This document shows positions 1 to 14,249 of a stretch of DNA of 64,000 nucleotides, one piece after another. A model generated the notes under the pieces. It was given only the letters and a program-made list of their open reading frames with translations, made no database searches and had not been told where the DNA came from. The DNA comes from Tubulanus polymorphus (taxonomy: Eukaryota; Animalia; Nemertea), in NCBI RefSeq assembly GCF_964204645.1, contig NC_134032.1, positions 434,001 through 498,000 of the forward strand, given 5' to 3'. Positions within the stretch are counted from its first letter, which is position 1. Every line of letters starts with the position of its first letter. Position numbers and translations under genes: made by a program.

Positions 1-2678
1 AAGCGAATTTCATCAAACAAAAGTTTGCTCGAATTTGTTTCGTACCAATATTTAGATATTAATAACTAGACTTCCAAGTATAGAGGGGGTTTCTTCAAAA
101 TCAACAAAAGGATATTTGTATAAAGCAGTATCACCTAAAGTATTTATGTACAGTATATATGGATTTCCAACCAAGCTAGACGAATGCTTCCGCCATTGTA
201 CAAAGGAGATTGGGGTTATAATCTCAAAATCTCCCCTTGGAAAATGTTAAGAATTTTAATGGCATTTTATTTCTTTTCGCAAATCTCAATGTTCGGCGAT
301 GCGCAGTGGGAGGCCCCTTTGATGGCACGTAATCTCAAACTCAAACGGTTACGGATCAGTCGCCAGGAGAAATATTCCACTGAACACAAGCCCAGACTGC
401 GGATAATGTACCTTAACCTGGATAATTGAAAAAAAATTGGAAAATATGACTTTTAGGGATATCGCAAAATGAATTAAAAATTCACAATGCTATATCTAAA
501 ATCGTGAAATCATGCCGTCTTACTTTCTATTCGTACTTTCTGTTTATTTCCCAACTTAGGAAAATATAATTAAACTCACCTGGTTATCTGATAAAGCTTG
601 TGCTGCACCTAATGAGGACATGAGATCGACTCGCTTGTTGACAACAGCTTCTATCATATCAGCTCGACTCATTCCAACCCAGTCGTTCTCGCAATTGCTA
701 AAGTACATTGAGTTATGTTTACTGTCAACTTTCTACTTCGTAGCGTCGCGTAATTTCGAAGATTTCTAAGACGGCTCTGCTTAAGTTATGCGGGTATTTT
801 GATATTTAAACGTACAGAACATGTGCTCAATCCATCCGTTTGACGCTACGACCATACGATCAAACCAACATATAATCCAGGCAAATACTAGATTATACTT
901 GAAACGCCAATCGTGACGGAGGTGTATGGAAGCATTGTAGGAGTATTGTGGGATTATTGCGGGAGTATTTTGGGAGTATGGCGGGAGTATTGCGGATGTA
1001 TGGCGGGATGTACATCATATTACAATCTGTCTTATAGACCCCAGACTCAGCTCGACTGTTTTTTTGGGTTAAAACATTGGTGAGTTTATTGTGATATCGA
1101 AAGACTAATCTAGTGTCAATGGTGCTTTATGCGTGGATTTGAAGATTGTTACAGAACTAAAACAGTCTCTAGAATAGACTGGTCAAAACAATCCCGAACG
1201 CGTCGGAGTTATCCTCCAGTGGACGGCGCGCTCTACGTAGGTCGGAGTTATCCTCCCGTGGTCGGAGTTATCCTCCCCGGGGCCGCATCGGGCAATATTT
1301 CGTGTACTATTATACAAACATCTAGTCATCGGGGAAATCATGAACTAAGCGTAGGATGGAACGTGCATCGCAGACGACAGCAGTCCCGATACCTGTCAGG
1401 ACGACAACCAACAACCCGATCAGTTCCTCGCGAGTGTGCTGTATTCCATCATACTCGTACGTGACTTTCTCTTTGCGCCGATTCACCCTAGTGGAGCACT
1501 CGTATATACCCCCTAATCACAAACCCCTCTTTAGAATCGTGCTGCAAGCTTTTCTCACATAACGACGGGTCTTTGTGCGTCACGCCAGGCACCGACTCGA
1601 CTAATGCTGTTATTTTCACTAATGGTAATCGTTTCCACTTTAACTGATTGCGTTCGATTGCTTTAACGCTGACGCCACCTAGCGGTCGTTAAGTCAGTGC
1701 GTATATCATCTAGAAGTCTCATGAATAGTACGTGCGGTGTTCGCCTTTTAGACCCCTCCACTCCTTTGACGATCATGATATTCATTTTATTGACCCCCTA
1801 CCCCCTCACCCCCCACCCGTACGTACATTTTGAAAGAGCCATGCAATTTATAATATTAATTACTTCATGTATATTGAGTACTTTTGAATAAAGAAAACAT
1901 CTATTAATAAATTTGCGACCGGTTGTCACTCAAACTCAACCGGATGTCACGCGCGTCGCTAAGAAGATATTTTTACGATTGCGGTATCAAGATAATCCAT
2001 AGATAAAACTTCAGTGACAAATTCTACATTGAATCTCAAATCATGAAATAGTTACAGCCAATGACACAAAATTAACAATTTTAGGCGCTTCCTAAAAGTG
2101 ACGTTTTTAAAACTGTAACTGTGTCCGATTGTTGCAGCCGAGAAAAACGAGATAAACACCGTCAGAATATAGAAATTGTCACCTTTCTAACGATACATGA
2201 GTTAAAGTTTTTTTTAAGCAAAAAAGGAATGGACGGCACTAAATCGCGCTAAAGGTTTCACTTTTAAAAAAATGTTGAAATCGATCCAACAAAGCGGGAG
2301 CCCTGGTAACTGAATACTTCCCTATTGTTTGTATGCCTGGATTTGGTATTGTGTAACTTATAAATAAACCAGCCTACAGGTTTGATATAAACCGGTGTTG
2401 TCTGGGTCATTTTTTACCTTAACCCGGTACCTCATTGACTATTGATTAGTTCATGCTCATCTGATGTATCTAGATAGCTGCTGACTTGTACTTGTTTTTC
2501 TGTCTAGTCTAGTGGGACTAGGTGCTTTTAGTCAGACAGACAGACAGACAGACAGACAGACGATCTGAATGTCACCGCCGCGGCGCTCTCCGGGTAGAAA
2601 TACAAAAAAATATATCTACCTGCGACCTTTCGTTACTTTTGGTATCTGATATTTAACATGTAGTTTCTTATAACAACA

Positions 2679-2956
<278 letters not shown>

Positions 2957-3353
2957 TCCCTGCTCATCCCCGTGCCTTTTAAACCTGATCGTTATCCGAA
3001 CGAAACACGGCGTCGCATCAATAGGTCACATGATAATTCTGTTCGGAAAGATTTTCGTGAGTTGTAGATGTTTTAGAGAATATTATGATTGTGAAAGATG
3101 ATTCTGAATCTGAAGAATCCTCTACTGAAAGAATCGAGTACTCTCTCATTCCCTCTCTCCCTCTCTCTCTCTCTGTCGATCCCAGTCATTCCCTCTCCCC
3201 TCTCTCCCTCACCTCATCCATCATCGCACTCCTTGCGGAATATGTTTAATCATTAGTTGATTTTAATTGATTAAAATCCTACAAACAGATCATCATCTCT
3301 CGCGTATCGTTCAGACGTGTTCATATCAATTTAAATACTAACACGTTAATCAT

Positions 3354-3633
3354 ATCTCGGAGACAACCGCTCCCACCACGTCTCGGAGACAACCGCTCCC
3401 ATCACATCTCGGAGACAACCGCTCCAGTTCCCGCCACATCTCGGAGACAACCGCTCTAGTTCCACCACATCTTGGAGACAACCACTCCAGTACTACCGCA
3501 TCTCGGAGACAACCACTTCAGTACTACCACGTCTCGGAGACAACCGCATCAGTTCCCACCACATCTCGGAGACAACCGCTCCAGTTCCTGCCACATCTCG
3601 GAGACAACCGCTCTGCAGTTCCTGCCACATCTC
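3354..3633. repeat. Minisatellite, ~25-32 bp unit (cacatctcggagacaaccgctccagttc)
   Basis: About 10 imperfect tandem copies of CTCGGAGACAACC. Confidence 0.9.
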
Positions 3634-5564
3634 AGCTCAAACCCGGTTAATAACGATGTGATGAGGTTTATTTTTGCAGGTAATTTATTTTCATTTGAAT
3701 TCAGGGATTCTATTAATCTCATCTCATCAAGAGAGAGTTATGAAGCCATGCGGTAGGCGCCAGCGAAATTGAAATTAACAGCGCCAGATACATTTCTGCA
3801 GTCAAATTGATGAAATATTCGATTCGCAAACGAAGACCCGGAACCAAAAAAGCGTCGAAGAGATTAGACTTTGAAATGAGTGGGAACGCGGAGTGCTAGC
3901 TAGGGAGAGAGCCAGCATTAGGCCAATCTCGAATGTAAATTATCAACAAATCAGCTCGGAATGACGGTCCCGATCCCCGGAAGGGCTGGAGGGCGAGGGG
4001 TGTTGCGGAGTTACTGCTGGTATTGAATTAGTGTCAATCGGTTTATAAGGTTTCACAAACCCAGACCGTTACACCGCGTCATAACCAGCCTTAATCTATT
4101 CAATTATCTAAAAACGCGCTGATAAAATCGAATTGAGCGAGAAATTCTCGAATGTAGCGACACGCAAACGGTTTACTGGGTTTTTATCAACGCCAGATCA
4201 ACCAATCAGACCCGTTCGGCCCTGTTCCGAGTTCTTTTTTGGTCGTGCGTTTTTCTAGTAGTGTCTATTTCCCATGCGACGGAGCCGGGTTATTTCGCAT
4301 ACGTCACACGAATCGAGCAGTAATCCTATTCATTAACTACACGAGATTACCGTGTTCCCCCGACCACGGACCCAGTTCCGCAGTCGCCATAGTTTCGTCC
4401 AATCGAGAAACATATTTAAAAGTTATCTTCTTTTTAGTGAAAAGTTAACTGTATGACTTGTATATATTGTATCTGCATCGACAGGAACTGGACCTAGAAA
4501 TGTTAGGGTCCAAATTCATGAAAAACGGTTAAGCTTAAAAACGGTTAATACGTTTGAATTGTAACTGATATGGAAAATATATAAAGTTAGCAGAAATGAT
4601 ACCTTGTTTCGCATTTCTGCTGAGCTTAAAAATCAACCCGACCAGCAGTTAATTTTGTTGACAAAATCGATAAGGGCGTTAAAAAAAATGGAATTATCAT
4701 TCGACTTCACAGAAACGCATAGAATTATTACAAGTTAAAACAATTAAATAAAAGAGAAAGAAAAAATATATAGATTTACAAAATGGTAGTGTGCTTTTCC
4801 ATACAGGTCGCTTGCGCAGGCACCCAACCATTCCAATTATCATTTCCAGTAAGCAAACTCAACGATGAATCACATCTCGGAAATACCGGGTCCATAAATA
4901 CCGGTAGTCAATATTCATTGTTGTATATAAATGACAATATGGCCTGTAAGAATAAGAGACGTTACTTCTCCCACGGCGAACCAAGCTTGATTAAATACGT
5001 CACCGATTCTTCATTGCGCTTAATTTCATCCTGAAAATAATTTCCGTAATAAATTTCTGCACGTGTAATTAATACACGTATTATCGTGCGGCCGGGTGGT
5101 AGTAACCCGATTACCCCGGCCGGAAAAAAACCGGAGTCGCCCGGGAATTGTAATTCCGTTAATGGACCGAACTCCCGGTGACCCTCAGCCGCGGACTGCT
5201 CCACTCTGATGGATGGGAATAATTGATTAGGAATTTCTTTTCGATGTTCGTAAAATGGGAATTAAACGTCCCGTTGCATTTATATACTATCAAGAACTGC
5301 GCCGAGGATTTTCTTTCCGAAATTGTCGTTGAATTGATTTCCCCGAGGAGGAGGTGTTTGTATTAGTGAGCACTTCCCGGATCTTACTCACTCGCCGAGA
5401 TTATTCGAAGTGATTTATCAACGCGACTTTTCGCGTTTAACGACCTTCACCTATGGAGTAAATCGAATGATGGAGTAAAGACGGCTCTCGTGCGAGATTT
5501 TGAATACAAGATTGTGTAAATTCATCTTTGAATAGCTTTTGGACTGACACGATTCACGTCTGAA

Positions 5565-5812
5565 ACCAGTTCCAGAGTTGTGTGGGTTTAATTTGACTCT
5601 GGATCCAGTTTCACAGTTGTGTGGGTTTAATTTGACTCTAGATTCGGTTCCACAGTTGTGTGAGTCTTATTTGAATCTGAATCCACGGTTCCACAGTTGT
5701 GTGGATTTAATTTGTCTCTGAATCCAGTTCAACAGTTGTGTGGGTTTAATTTGACTCTGAATCCAGTTCCACAGTTGTGTGGATTTAATTTGACTCTGGA
5801 TCCAGTTCCACA
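5565..5812. repeat. Minisatellite, ~38 bp unit (ccagttccacagttgtgtgggtttaatttgactctggat)
   Basis: About 6.5 tandem copies; the unit resembles the ends of the small palindromic elements at 49.9 and 57.3 kb. Confidence 0.9.
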
Positions 5813-6889
5813 ATTGCCTGATTAAAACCAAAACGCGTGGAGACCTCATGTGAAACCAATTTCTCGCTGAATTCCATACAGCCATATATCCGGAAAACTA
5901 CAATATATCAATGATTTGATTTTATTTTGGCTCAATACTTATACTGACGATAACATTAATACAAATTCATAAATAATTATCAATACAATATACAACTCAG
6001 CCAGGTATACAACTATAGTTCTAAAGGGATAGGAGAAAATTGGGGAAAAAAATGCAACGTTCATTAATCTACTTAATTCTGAACCACAAAACAATGATTC
6101 AGACGCGAAGGGAAGGAAAATCAGAGCATTACGACGTCGCCAGTGAGTAGGATGTAAATCAGATCTATTTCACAGTTAAGTATCAGCTGAATAATTATGC
6201 AAGAGCGGTTTTCAATCTGAAACGACAAAATACAAACCAGGTTTTTTTGTGTCCTACATTCATTTTGTTTGACTAAAGATCATAGTTAGTTTGTCTCTCC
6301 CTTGAATCAGGGGGTTTACAAACTTCGAGGGTCTGTCATGTAAATCATATAGTGTGTCTGACCACCAATAGAAGGTGTTGCACGTGATGTAGTAGTTCGT
6401 CTGCCCGTCAGTGCTGGAGACTTGTCTACATAACATCAAGACATTGAATCATAGGATTTACAAACTTTGAGGGTCCGTTATGAAAATCACTTGTTCGACC
6501 ACCATTAGAATGTGTTGCATGCGATATCATAATTTGTACGTCCGTCAGTGCTGGAGACTTGCCGTACATAATAACAAATGATAATCGGGAGATTGGCAAA
6601 ATAGGAGGGTCTGATACGTAAATCATTTATTCTGTTTGACCACCAATAGAGGGCATAGTCACAGCAAACAATCTATTACCTAGTGTTGCTCAAAAATTGT
6701 TTAGTAGATTCAGCGGTGGACAAATATTTTCTTGACCGGTTCATTTTTCGCAATAAATTAATTTCTAATCCTTAAATAAATAAACTTCATTGATCAGTTC
6801 AATCGCTTGTCACATGATGTCAAGTAATCTCGAGAACTAACTAAAATGAGTTCGACTCTATCATTTTGTTGTAATAAGCCGACATTGAA

Positions 6890-7155
6890 CAGGGGCGGTT
6901 CCATGGGGGTTCTGAGGGTTCTGGGATACCCTACGTCTGTGCCCCTTGGAGATGCCCCTGAATTCATGGATTTGACGTAAAACTGCCCTCGTTTGGTATG
7001 ATCGAGCGTAGTACATGTAAGTGCCCCAGAAAAAGTTTGATGTTAAGGGACCTTTTTTGCCGTGATTCAACATAGAAAGTACCTTCCCCTATTATAGTGA
7101 GTGCTCTTATACAATTCAGAACCCCCATCGAGATAGAGCCCTGGATCCGCCCCTG
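6890..7155. mobile_element. MITE with CAGGGGCGG termini (hAT-like); related copy at 7827-8273
   Basis: Terminal inverted repeats caggggcgg...ccgcccctg, no ORF. Confidence 0.6.
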
Positions 7156-7181
7156 AAATCTAATTCACGAGTCCTACCTGC

Positions 7182-9930
7182 TCAAGATTTTTCCAACGCG
7201 GTAATTCGAACGTCCATTTTCTTCACCAGAGCTGACAAATCTTCGACGGCTGAAAATAACGATGAAATCCGGCAGCTTTAACGAATTTTTCATCTTTAAA
7301 AGGTGTTTTTAGGAATTGAGGAGTCGTAGTCGGGGCCGGTATTAAAGGAGCCAGGAAAATTGGGTTAACCCTTTCAGTGCGTCAACACTGCAATGCAGTG
7401 TATGAATCAGTGATTGATTTTGCTAGTACACCGCACTGTGGTGTATTGATGTAATTAGTAATTATCTCTCTTGAAAGATGGCAGCACCTGTCAAACATAG
7501 TGAAATATTAGTAACTAACGATACATCGCACCAGGGTGTAGACGCACTATAGTGGTTTTCCCGTTATTCAACACACTAGGGTGGAATTTTTTCAGAATTT
7601 TCAAATTATCTCCAGCACTATACGGGTATTGATTAGTCAGCACTGAAAGGGTTAAACTTTCAAAAAGAATCGTCGTATTTACAGCCGTCGTTTTACGAAT
7701 ACGTACTTCTTTTCAATTGTTCGTTGTCGATGACGAGTTTCTCGACTTTGTTGGCGAGTTCCGAGTCGATGACACCGCTACCCTGCAACATCGAAAAATT
7801 CACATTTATCAAATATCTTACGATAACAGGGGCGGATTTAAAGGGGGTCGGAGGGGGGTCCAGATCCACCTAAATTTGAAAGTCCCTTAAGATGTCAACC
7901 CCGAAAATAAGCGACCTCTTTTCAATTAAGGTGTGTATTGAAAAAAAGTGGTATTTCTTTGCGCAAAATGATGAATATATGATGGAACAGCTAACCCCAC
8001 CCCCCGATATATCGCATTTACTGTATTGCGATTGTGGTATTGTGCATTTAATGATTAATTTCATGGATTTCATCATTCAACTTTGTGGAAATCTCACCAA
8101 ATTCTTCTTAAAATTTCAAAACATTTCTTCTATCGTCGAAGAAACCCCCTCAAGCACCCCCACGGTGGTTATAGCCAGGAGGGCTTTGCTGCTACACAGC
8201 TTGCATCGTCCTTACAGTAATATTTCGTATGGTCCCTAATTGCTTCCATACTAAAATTCTATATCCACCCCTGGACATTAATTCATGTAAGATTGATAAG
8301 AGTATGGTTAGCCATCTCACTACTAGGATTACAAACAAACGTGTTATCATCGTTATGACGGTATATGATTAGTTGCTAAGAACAAGGGTCCTGATTTTGT
8401 ATAAACAATTGGAATTAAATGCGATTAGCTGCTTTGTGGAACTATTCCAGGAGTCCGGACCGGGCTTTCTATACAGTGTAAAGGACTGACATTAAATATG
8501 CAGATCAAGCATTTTCAACATATAAACATTCAATTTGAACATCTTACTTAAAAAAAAAAACATTTATTCTGTGTTAATATTTGGTCAGTGTTTTGTGTAA
8601 GGGATCATTCATTTATTACGTACGCATAAAATTTGAATTTTTCAACCCCCCTCCCCCTCTGTACGCCATTTTTTCATATACATTAAGCATTACAGTACAC
8701 AATTGCACCCCTTCCCTAATGCGTACGTAATAAATGAATGACCCTTAAGTGCCTTAGAGCAGCATTTGTACTGAATAAGGCGCCAAATATGGTAAATAAA
8801 TGATTAGGGGGGCTACATAAAATAGGTCAGGATGAGATTGCAAGTAGAAAACCAACAAAAACTGAAATTTGGACTACGGTAAATTCTGAACAACAGAAAA
8901 CAAAATCAACATCACATGAGAATAAAGACAACATTCTTTTCAAACCTTTTTTATCCTCAAAGTATCCGGCGGCTGGTTATAAAATATAGACAGTGATAAA
9001 TTGATAAATTGGCTTCCACAGGTTTGATAAATACATGTATTTAATACCCTGAAGCAAACCCCGTTTAGGGCTACGAACTAGCCCATACGCCCCGAGAGTG
9101 GACTACGAATTAGCCCACAAACCCCGAGAGTGGACTACTAACTAGCCCATACACCCCCAGAGTGGACTAGGCCTAGCCTATACGCCCCACGAGTGGGCTG
9201 AAATGGTACGAGACATAAAGACTGACAGATAAAAGATATACTCACCGGTGCATTGAGTGAGTGTTTGATTTGTTCGCGAGCCCTCGCTATCTCACCGACC
9301 AGTACACTCTACAAAACAATAACATTTAATATATAGAACCAGAATCGACGTGCGGCAAAGCTGATACTAAGAAAGCCCCGACCGCAACAAACTATGTTTC
9401 TAGGGACGCTGCGCCCTCTACTGACGGGAAAAAAAGGTGCTTAACCCTTTCAGTGCGGTGTATAAATCAGTGATTGATTTTGCTAGTACACCACATCACG
9501 GTGTATTGATGGCAGCACCTGACGAAAAACACTTAGATATAAGTAACTAACGATACACCGCGCCGCGGTGTAGACACATTAAGCAGACGCCTGTTATTTG
9601 AAGCGCTGGGCTCGAACTTTTCCAAAATATTCAAATTATCTCAAGGTGTTTAAATTAGTCAGCACCGAAAGGGTTAAATGATCGACAATTTTAATATCCA
9701 ACGCCCCCTGGTGAACATAAGCAGAAACAGATGACTTCGTAACAGGGGCAACTAATTCACTAAATTCATTGAACCCTCATTCGTAGGAAAGTCGCGATAC
9801 TTACGGAGTTTGAACCGTCGCCGGAGTCCGTGGAGGTTTTTTGCGCGATACGTTCGTAGAAATCTCTTTCGGCTTCATGGTAACGGAAATGGTCGAACCA
9901 AACGGTTTCAAAAGCGAACGGATGAACCAT
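7182..9930 (-). CDS. EEF1D: Elongation factor 1-delta-like N-terminal/leucine-zipper protein, 110 aa, ending before the GEF domain; exons 9930-9805, 9308-9246, 7782-7707, 7249-7182
   Basis: Spliced GT-AG frame MVHPFAFETVWFDHFRYHEAERDFYE...SVLVGEIARAREQIKHSL...KVEKLVIDNEQLKRTVEDLSALVKKMDVRITALEKS* matches the EEF1D motifs WFDxxxYxxAExxFYE, IARARExI and the leucine zipper. Phases 0/0/1 are consistent. TGA at 7184-7182. Confidence 0.85.
7369..7651. mobile_element. piggyBac-like MITE (~280 bp). Other copies: 9445-9673, 44555-44842, 53110-53404 (inverted), 57363-57623, 62992-63272; partial copies near 41305, 42960, 50255-50312, 58668-58930
   Basis: TIR CCCTTTCAGTGC...GCACTGAAAGGG flanked by TTAA; shared internal sequence between copies. 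Confidence 0.88.
8601..8744. mobile_element. MITE with ~27 bp TIR (gggatcattcatttattacgtacgcat); second copy at 58421-58585
   Basis: Near-perfect inverted termini with a TA/TAA-type flank; two dispersed copies. Confidence 0.8.
9065..9200. repeat. Minisatellite, ~32 bp unit (gagagtggactacgaactagcccatacgcccc)
   Basis: About 4 degenerate tandem copies within an EEF1D-like intron. Confidence 0.75.
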
Positions 9931-10654
9931 ATTGAAATATATTCTAGATAACGTCAAGAGAACGACCTAAAAAATAAAGAAACATTTATCGAATCCTGTG
10001 TCTATTTGGCCCGTACCGAGGGGGTAGAGAAACAACCCCCTGAAATGTTCAAAGTGCCCTAAAAAAAGTCAGTGTCTAAAATTTAAGAATATTTTAGGGG
10101 TAGCGAACGAAACCCCTAAAATATTCAAGTCAGTGTTTAAAATTTTGTGTCATGATTTTCTGAAATTTTGATACAATTTTGATGTTGTTGAAAAATGATA
10201 AGAAATCCATTCTGTAAACGGACGATTTATTCAGGCACTTCATATAAGGATGTCTTTTTTTCAATCGGAAAATACCCTTTTTCACGGTGAAAAAGTGCAT
10301 TTCATCGTGAAATAGAACTGCCCCTCAAACTACATGCCCACTTGGGAAGTGGTTTCAAATGCTCAACAATCTAACAATTTCAATATTCAACGCCCCTGGA
10401 CCCATATACAACTAGGGGTCCAGGGACACCATGCCCACTTGGAAAGTGGTTCCAAATGCTCAACAATTTCTAACAATTTCAATATTCAACGCCCCCTGGT
10501 GACCATATACAAAAACCAATGACCTTGAAACCCTAAGGAAAAAATCTGCTATTTCGCCCATGGCTTGTTCGAATTGGCTGATTGACGCGCATGCGTACAG
10601 AGGGGCCCGACTTAGAAACTTCAAGGAAAGTGTGAAGAGAGTTAGAGAAAATAG

Positions 10655-10800
10655 GAGCATGGAGCGAGATTCGAACCCGAACCAGCAGATTGCTAGCCTT
10701 CTTTACCCAAGACCACCGGGCTCACTGCCAACTCTAATCCTCTAACCCTAAACCTAACCCTTTAGACCCAAAACCAATCGAAACCCTAACCCTAAACCCA
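10655..10800 (-). repeat. tRNA-derived/SINE-like head next to degenerate (TAACCC)n
   Basis: B-box-like GGTTCGAATC on the - strand at ~10668-10677, followed by telomere-like hexamers; similar TTAGGG-like run at 54812-54852. Confidence 0.45.
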
Positions 10801-13013
10801 AAATAATGATTTTACTGTTATATTCTAATAGTGTATCTTATTATCTATATTTGTGGCAAAATGGCGCATTTTTGATTATTGGCAAAATATCCACTTCCTT
10901 TTCTCTTTGAATACCACGTTTTTGCAGAAATTTAAGTAAATTCGCAGCAGCTAAATATTAAACCCTGACAAAAATCGACAATTAGCCGCGGAAATCTGAT
11001 ATTGCTTCCCACGCGCCTGGTTAGCGTGTCCTGTTCCACCAAAAAAATGCAAGTCACCAAACCAGTCCCCGAAAAAGGTTTTCAAGCTTTCGGCTTCACT
11101 CTGTCAAACTTTCAGGTTTATATAGGCCTATCGTTACACAAATTTTTCCCCTTTGCTCATTTTTACCTGTAAAATGTATATAAAGTTGATCCAATTGAGT
11201 TTAACGCCTCGAAATACAGGAAAAATACCCCCAAAACATACAAAATTGAAAAAAAAAGGAATCCAAAACTCACGAATCACTTCCTACTCCACGTGAATAC
11301 TACCGGGTCGATTGGTAACCACGCTACACTAAACTGCGGCTGGGGCGATGTCTAAATCACGGACTAAGGACGTTTGTACTTTTTAATACCGGGTTCCTGG
11401 GGCCTATAAAACTGCCCCATTGATAAATCAGACATTTCTGAAAGGAAGCGTTGGGGTTGATATTTGCTCTGGAATTACTAGACTCGCCAGAGCGAGTATT
11501 GAAATCGTCAAGTGCTGCCCCTAGAAATAACGATAGCGGTGAAAATATGAACCACAAGACTCGCTTGCCAGACACTTTATCCTATCACCGATTTGTAGAC
11601 TGGTTACCGGTCTCTATCTTCAATTAGAATATATTGAATGGGACAGGCAACCAGTCTAACCGATTTGCCGCCGGCTGGACTCCGATAATCATATCTTAAC
11701 AAAAATCGATTGTAAATCTTTAGAAAGTATAGAATCGATTGAAATTGGTTTTTTCAGGTCCCCTGAGATGATTAAATGAGTGGGAGACGAAGCCGTACGG
11801 GGTTAACGGGGTACAACACTATATATTTCGGTTGATCTGAGGTGGCCGAAAGAGTCGCGTCCTCACAGGTGTAACAACAATTCATCGGAAAGTGCCGGAC
11901 CTATTATTGAATCGATTTTCAGACTTTGGACTCAAATTCTCTTGATGTGTGACATGTTTTCTGAAACGTCTCATCTGTGCTCAAATACTATCGAATAAGT
12001 TTTATCGTTGATTAGGTTAAAGAACGAGCGTGATATGGTTCATTCATTGCGCAATTGTTACTTTCCCGATTCTTTATCAGATATTGAAAATATGAATGAC
12101 AAAAACCAATTTACCATTTTTTCATGGTGCGTATTTTGTTAACGGATCACATGGGTGAAGTGACAAATTATCCACAGACGATGGATACAAAATAGTGGAA
12201 CTAATCATTCCTTAGAATGTGTAGAATGTTTTACTAATTCCCCCATATAATTGGAACTTTCAGAAATCTAGTGAAATGTCCTTAAAATTCACCAAATTCC
12301 TCGTTGCTTTTATTCGAACAAACGCCGCACACGACAAAACATTTAAACCGGCTAAAAATTATTCAAACCTGAAACAACTCGATCGTTCCATCTATTCTGG
12401 CAGAAAATCGCGACCAATCGAAGGAAGTGTTTACAACCAAAACAGATATTCAGACAAAAAAACCATAAGTGTACGACATACATTAGCTAAAATTGCCTAT
12501 AACAGCTTTGATAAATTGTCTAATACCTAGCAGCATATGATTTGATTGTCTGTGAATGGAAGTTTTAGATTTTTTGCCGCGGGGGTCAGTGAAACTATCA
12601 TCAACGATTCTATTTAAATACTTGTATTATCTGACGGTTCCCGAATGATTCTTAATTCATCATTGAATAGAAGTTTAACGATTCGAGCGCGATTTTCATT
12701 TCGAAGTCGTCAGCATATTTTAGATTGGATTTCGCGTATGATTAAGGAAGTTGAAACGGATTCATTTTTACTAATTGGATAAATTAGAAATGCGGAAATG
12801 AAGCGATGGAGAGTTAATAGTGTAATTTAGCGGATGCGGATTTCTTAATTGATTCAATTAATTAAACGGGAGGGACGGGCGCGGTACCGATAGCGAGGTA
12901 ATCGATTTTTAAACGGCCGTCTTGCTACCGGGGTTGAGCCTCGATGATCAGAGATGAAGGATCGGGGTATATACGACGATATTTTGTGTGGCCGCCGTTC
13001 GCAACGGTTTCGT

Positions 13014-13949
13014 TTAGAAGCGGATCAAATTGCGCAATTCGTTTCTGATTACTTTTCCCGTCATCAGATACAAGTAGAGATTCAGCGAATAGTTCACCGC
13101 TAGGATATCGTTGAGGACAGTGGAAATGTGATTTAATTCTAGATTTGTCCTGAGAAAAGGGCCGATGACGAACGTCGGGAACGTTGTAACCATGAAAAAA
13201 GCGCACAGTGACAGAACCAACACGGTTACCTGGTTTGAGTATTTCGATGCTAGGGTGGTTTCTGAGTTGCCATTTTTTCTGAATAAAATGATCGACGTCA
13301 TCGCGGACATGATGCCTAACAAAATAAACGGGCCCGCAGAGACAAGAATAGACGTTACCAAAGGCTTGACAAATGTGGGCACATTTTTAATGATACAACC
13401 GTTGTCACTAACATCGATAGTTACAAATGAATAACTAAAGCCCAGCGCTAGGAAGCAGATTACGGAGAAACAGAGTTTCGAGGCAGTATTCGGGCTCCAG
13501 AAACGAGGACCTCTAAACGGAAAACAAACGACGCACATTCGCTCGGTAGCTACGAGGACCAGCGTCCACGGACTGCACGAAAGGCACAACAATATAAAAT
13601 ACTCAAAAGATATACACTGAATTCGCGTTGACGGTTTGATCAGTAATTCTCCATAAAATGCATAAGATATAACGTTAATATATTTACTGAAATAGGCGCA
13701 GACTAAAGCTAAAGTGTCGCAGACGGCTAGTTGAACGAAAATACGACTGAAAGAACGTCGCCATAGTTTACGTCGCAGCATCACTATCACGATGAGCAGA
13801 TTACCGACGAATCCGAGAATTAAACAAAGACTGGCGAACACGAGGTAAAACCAGAGATAAGTTCCAGGCATCGTAGTTGCAGACAGTACGATCGCCGTGT
13901 AGATACCGGTGGGATTTGTGCGGTTCTGAGGAACTGAAGATGCAGCCAT
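13014..13949 (-). CDS. Intronless class A GPCR, 311 aa, FMRFamide-receptor-like/orphan peptide or chemosensory receptor
   Basis: Seven hydrophobic segments; TM1 GN, TM2 LAVCD, TM3 ERM, TM7 NYSLNLYLY; N-glycosylation site NRT; first in-frame ATG at 13949. Confidence 0.88.
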   Translation of the reverse strand: MAASSVPQNRTNPTGIYTAIVLSATTMPGTYLWFYLVFASLCLILGFVGNLLIVIVMLRRKLWRRSFSRIFVQLAVCDTLALVCAYFSKYINVISYAFYGELLIKPSTRIQCISFEYFILLCLSCSPWTLVLVATERMCVVCFPFRGPRFWSPNTASKLCFSVICFLALGFSYSFVTIDVSDNGCIIKNVPTFVKPLVTSILVSAGPFILLGIMSAMTSIILFRKNGNSETTLASKYSNQVTVLVLSLCAFFMVTTFPTFVIGPFLRTNLELNHISTVLNDILAVNYSLNLYLYLMTGKVIRNELRNLIRF

Positions 13950-14249
13950 CGCGTCGCCGACCAATCAGACTTCACTCTCAATTACAGCTCACTTATCATT
14001 GAAACTATATTGAAAGCTAAATAGATTTTATAAACGTCTGCGCCTTCTTCTTGCTTTCGTTCGTAAATTCAAATGACCTTCAATTATAACCAACGTTGAG
14101 CATGTATAAAGACAGCTTCGATAGTCAAAGCATCGCTTGTTCTAATATTTCCAAATTCAGAAAAGTCCCCTCTGCATTGCAGTGCTCTAGGGGATGAATT
14201 GCAATATCTAATTTGTATTTCTTAAACATAGTTAGAAAATATGTATTAC

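Noticed and set aside
7182-7184. TGA as selenocysteine or readthrough in the EEF1D-like gene
   Set aside because: No SECIS recognised, the position is not a Cys-equivalent site, and no downstream coding exon was found.
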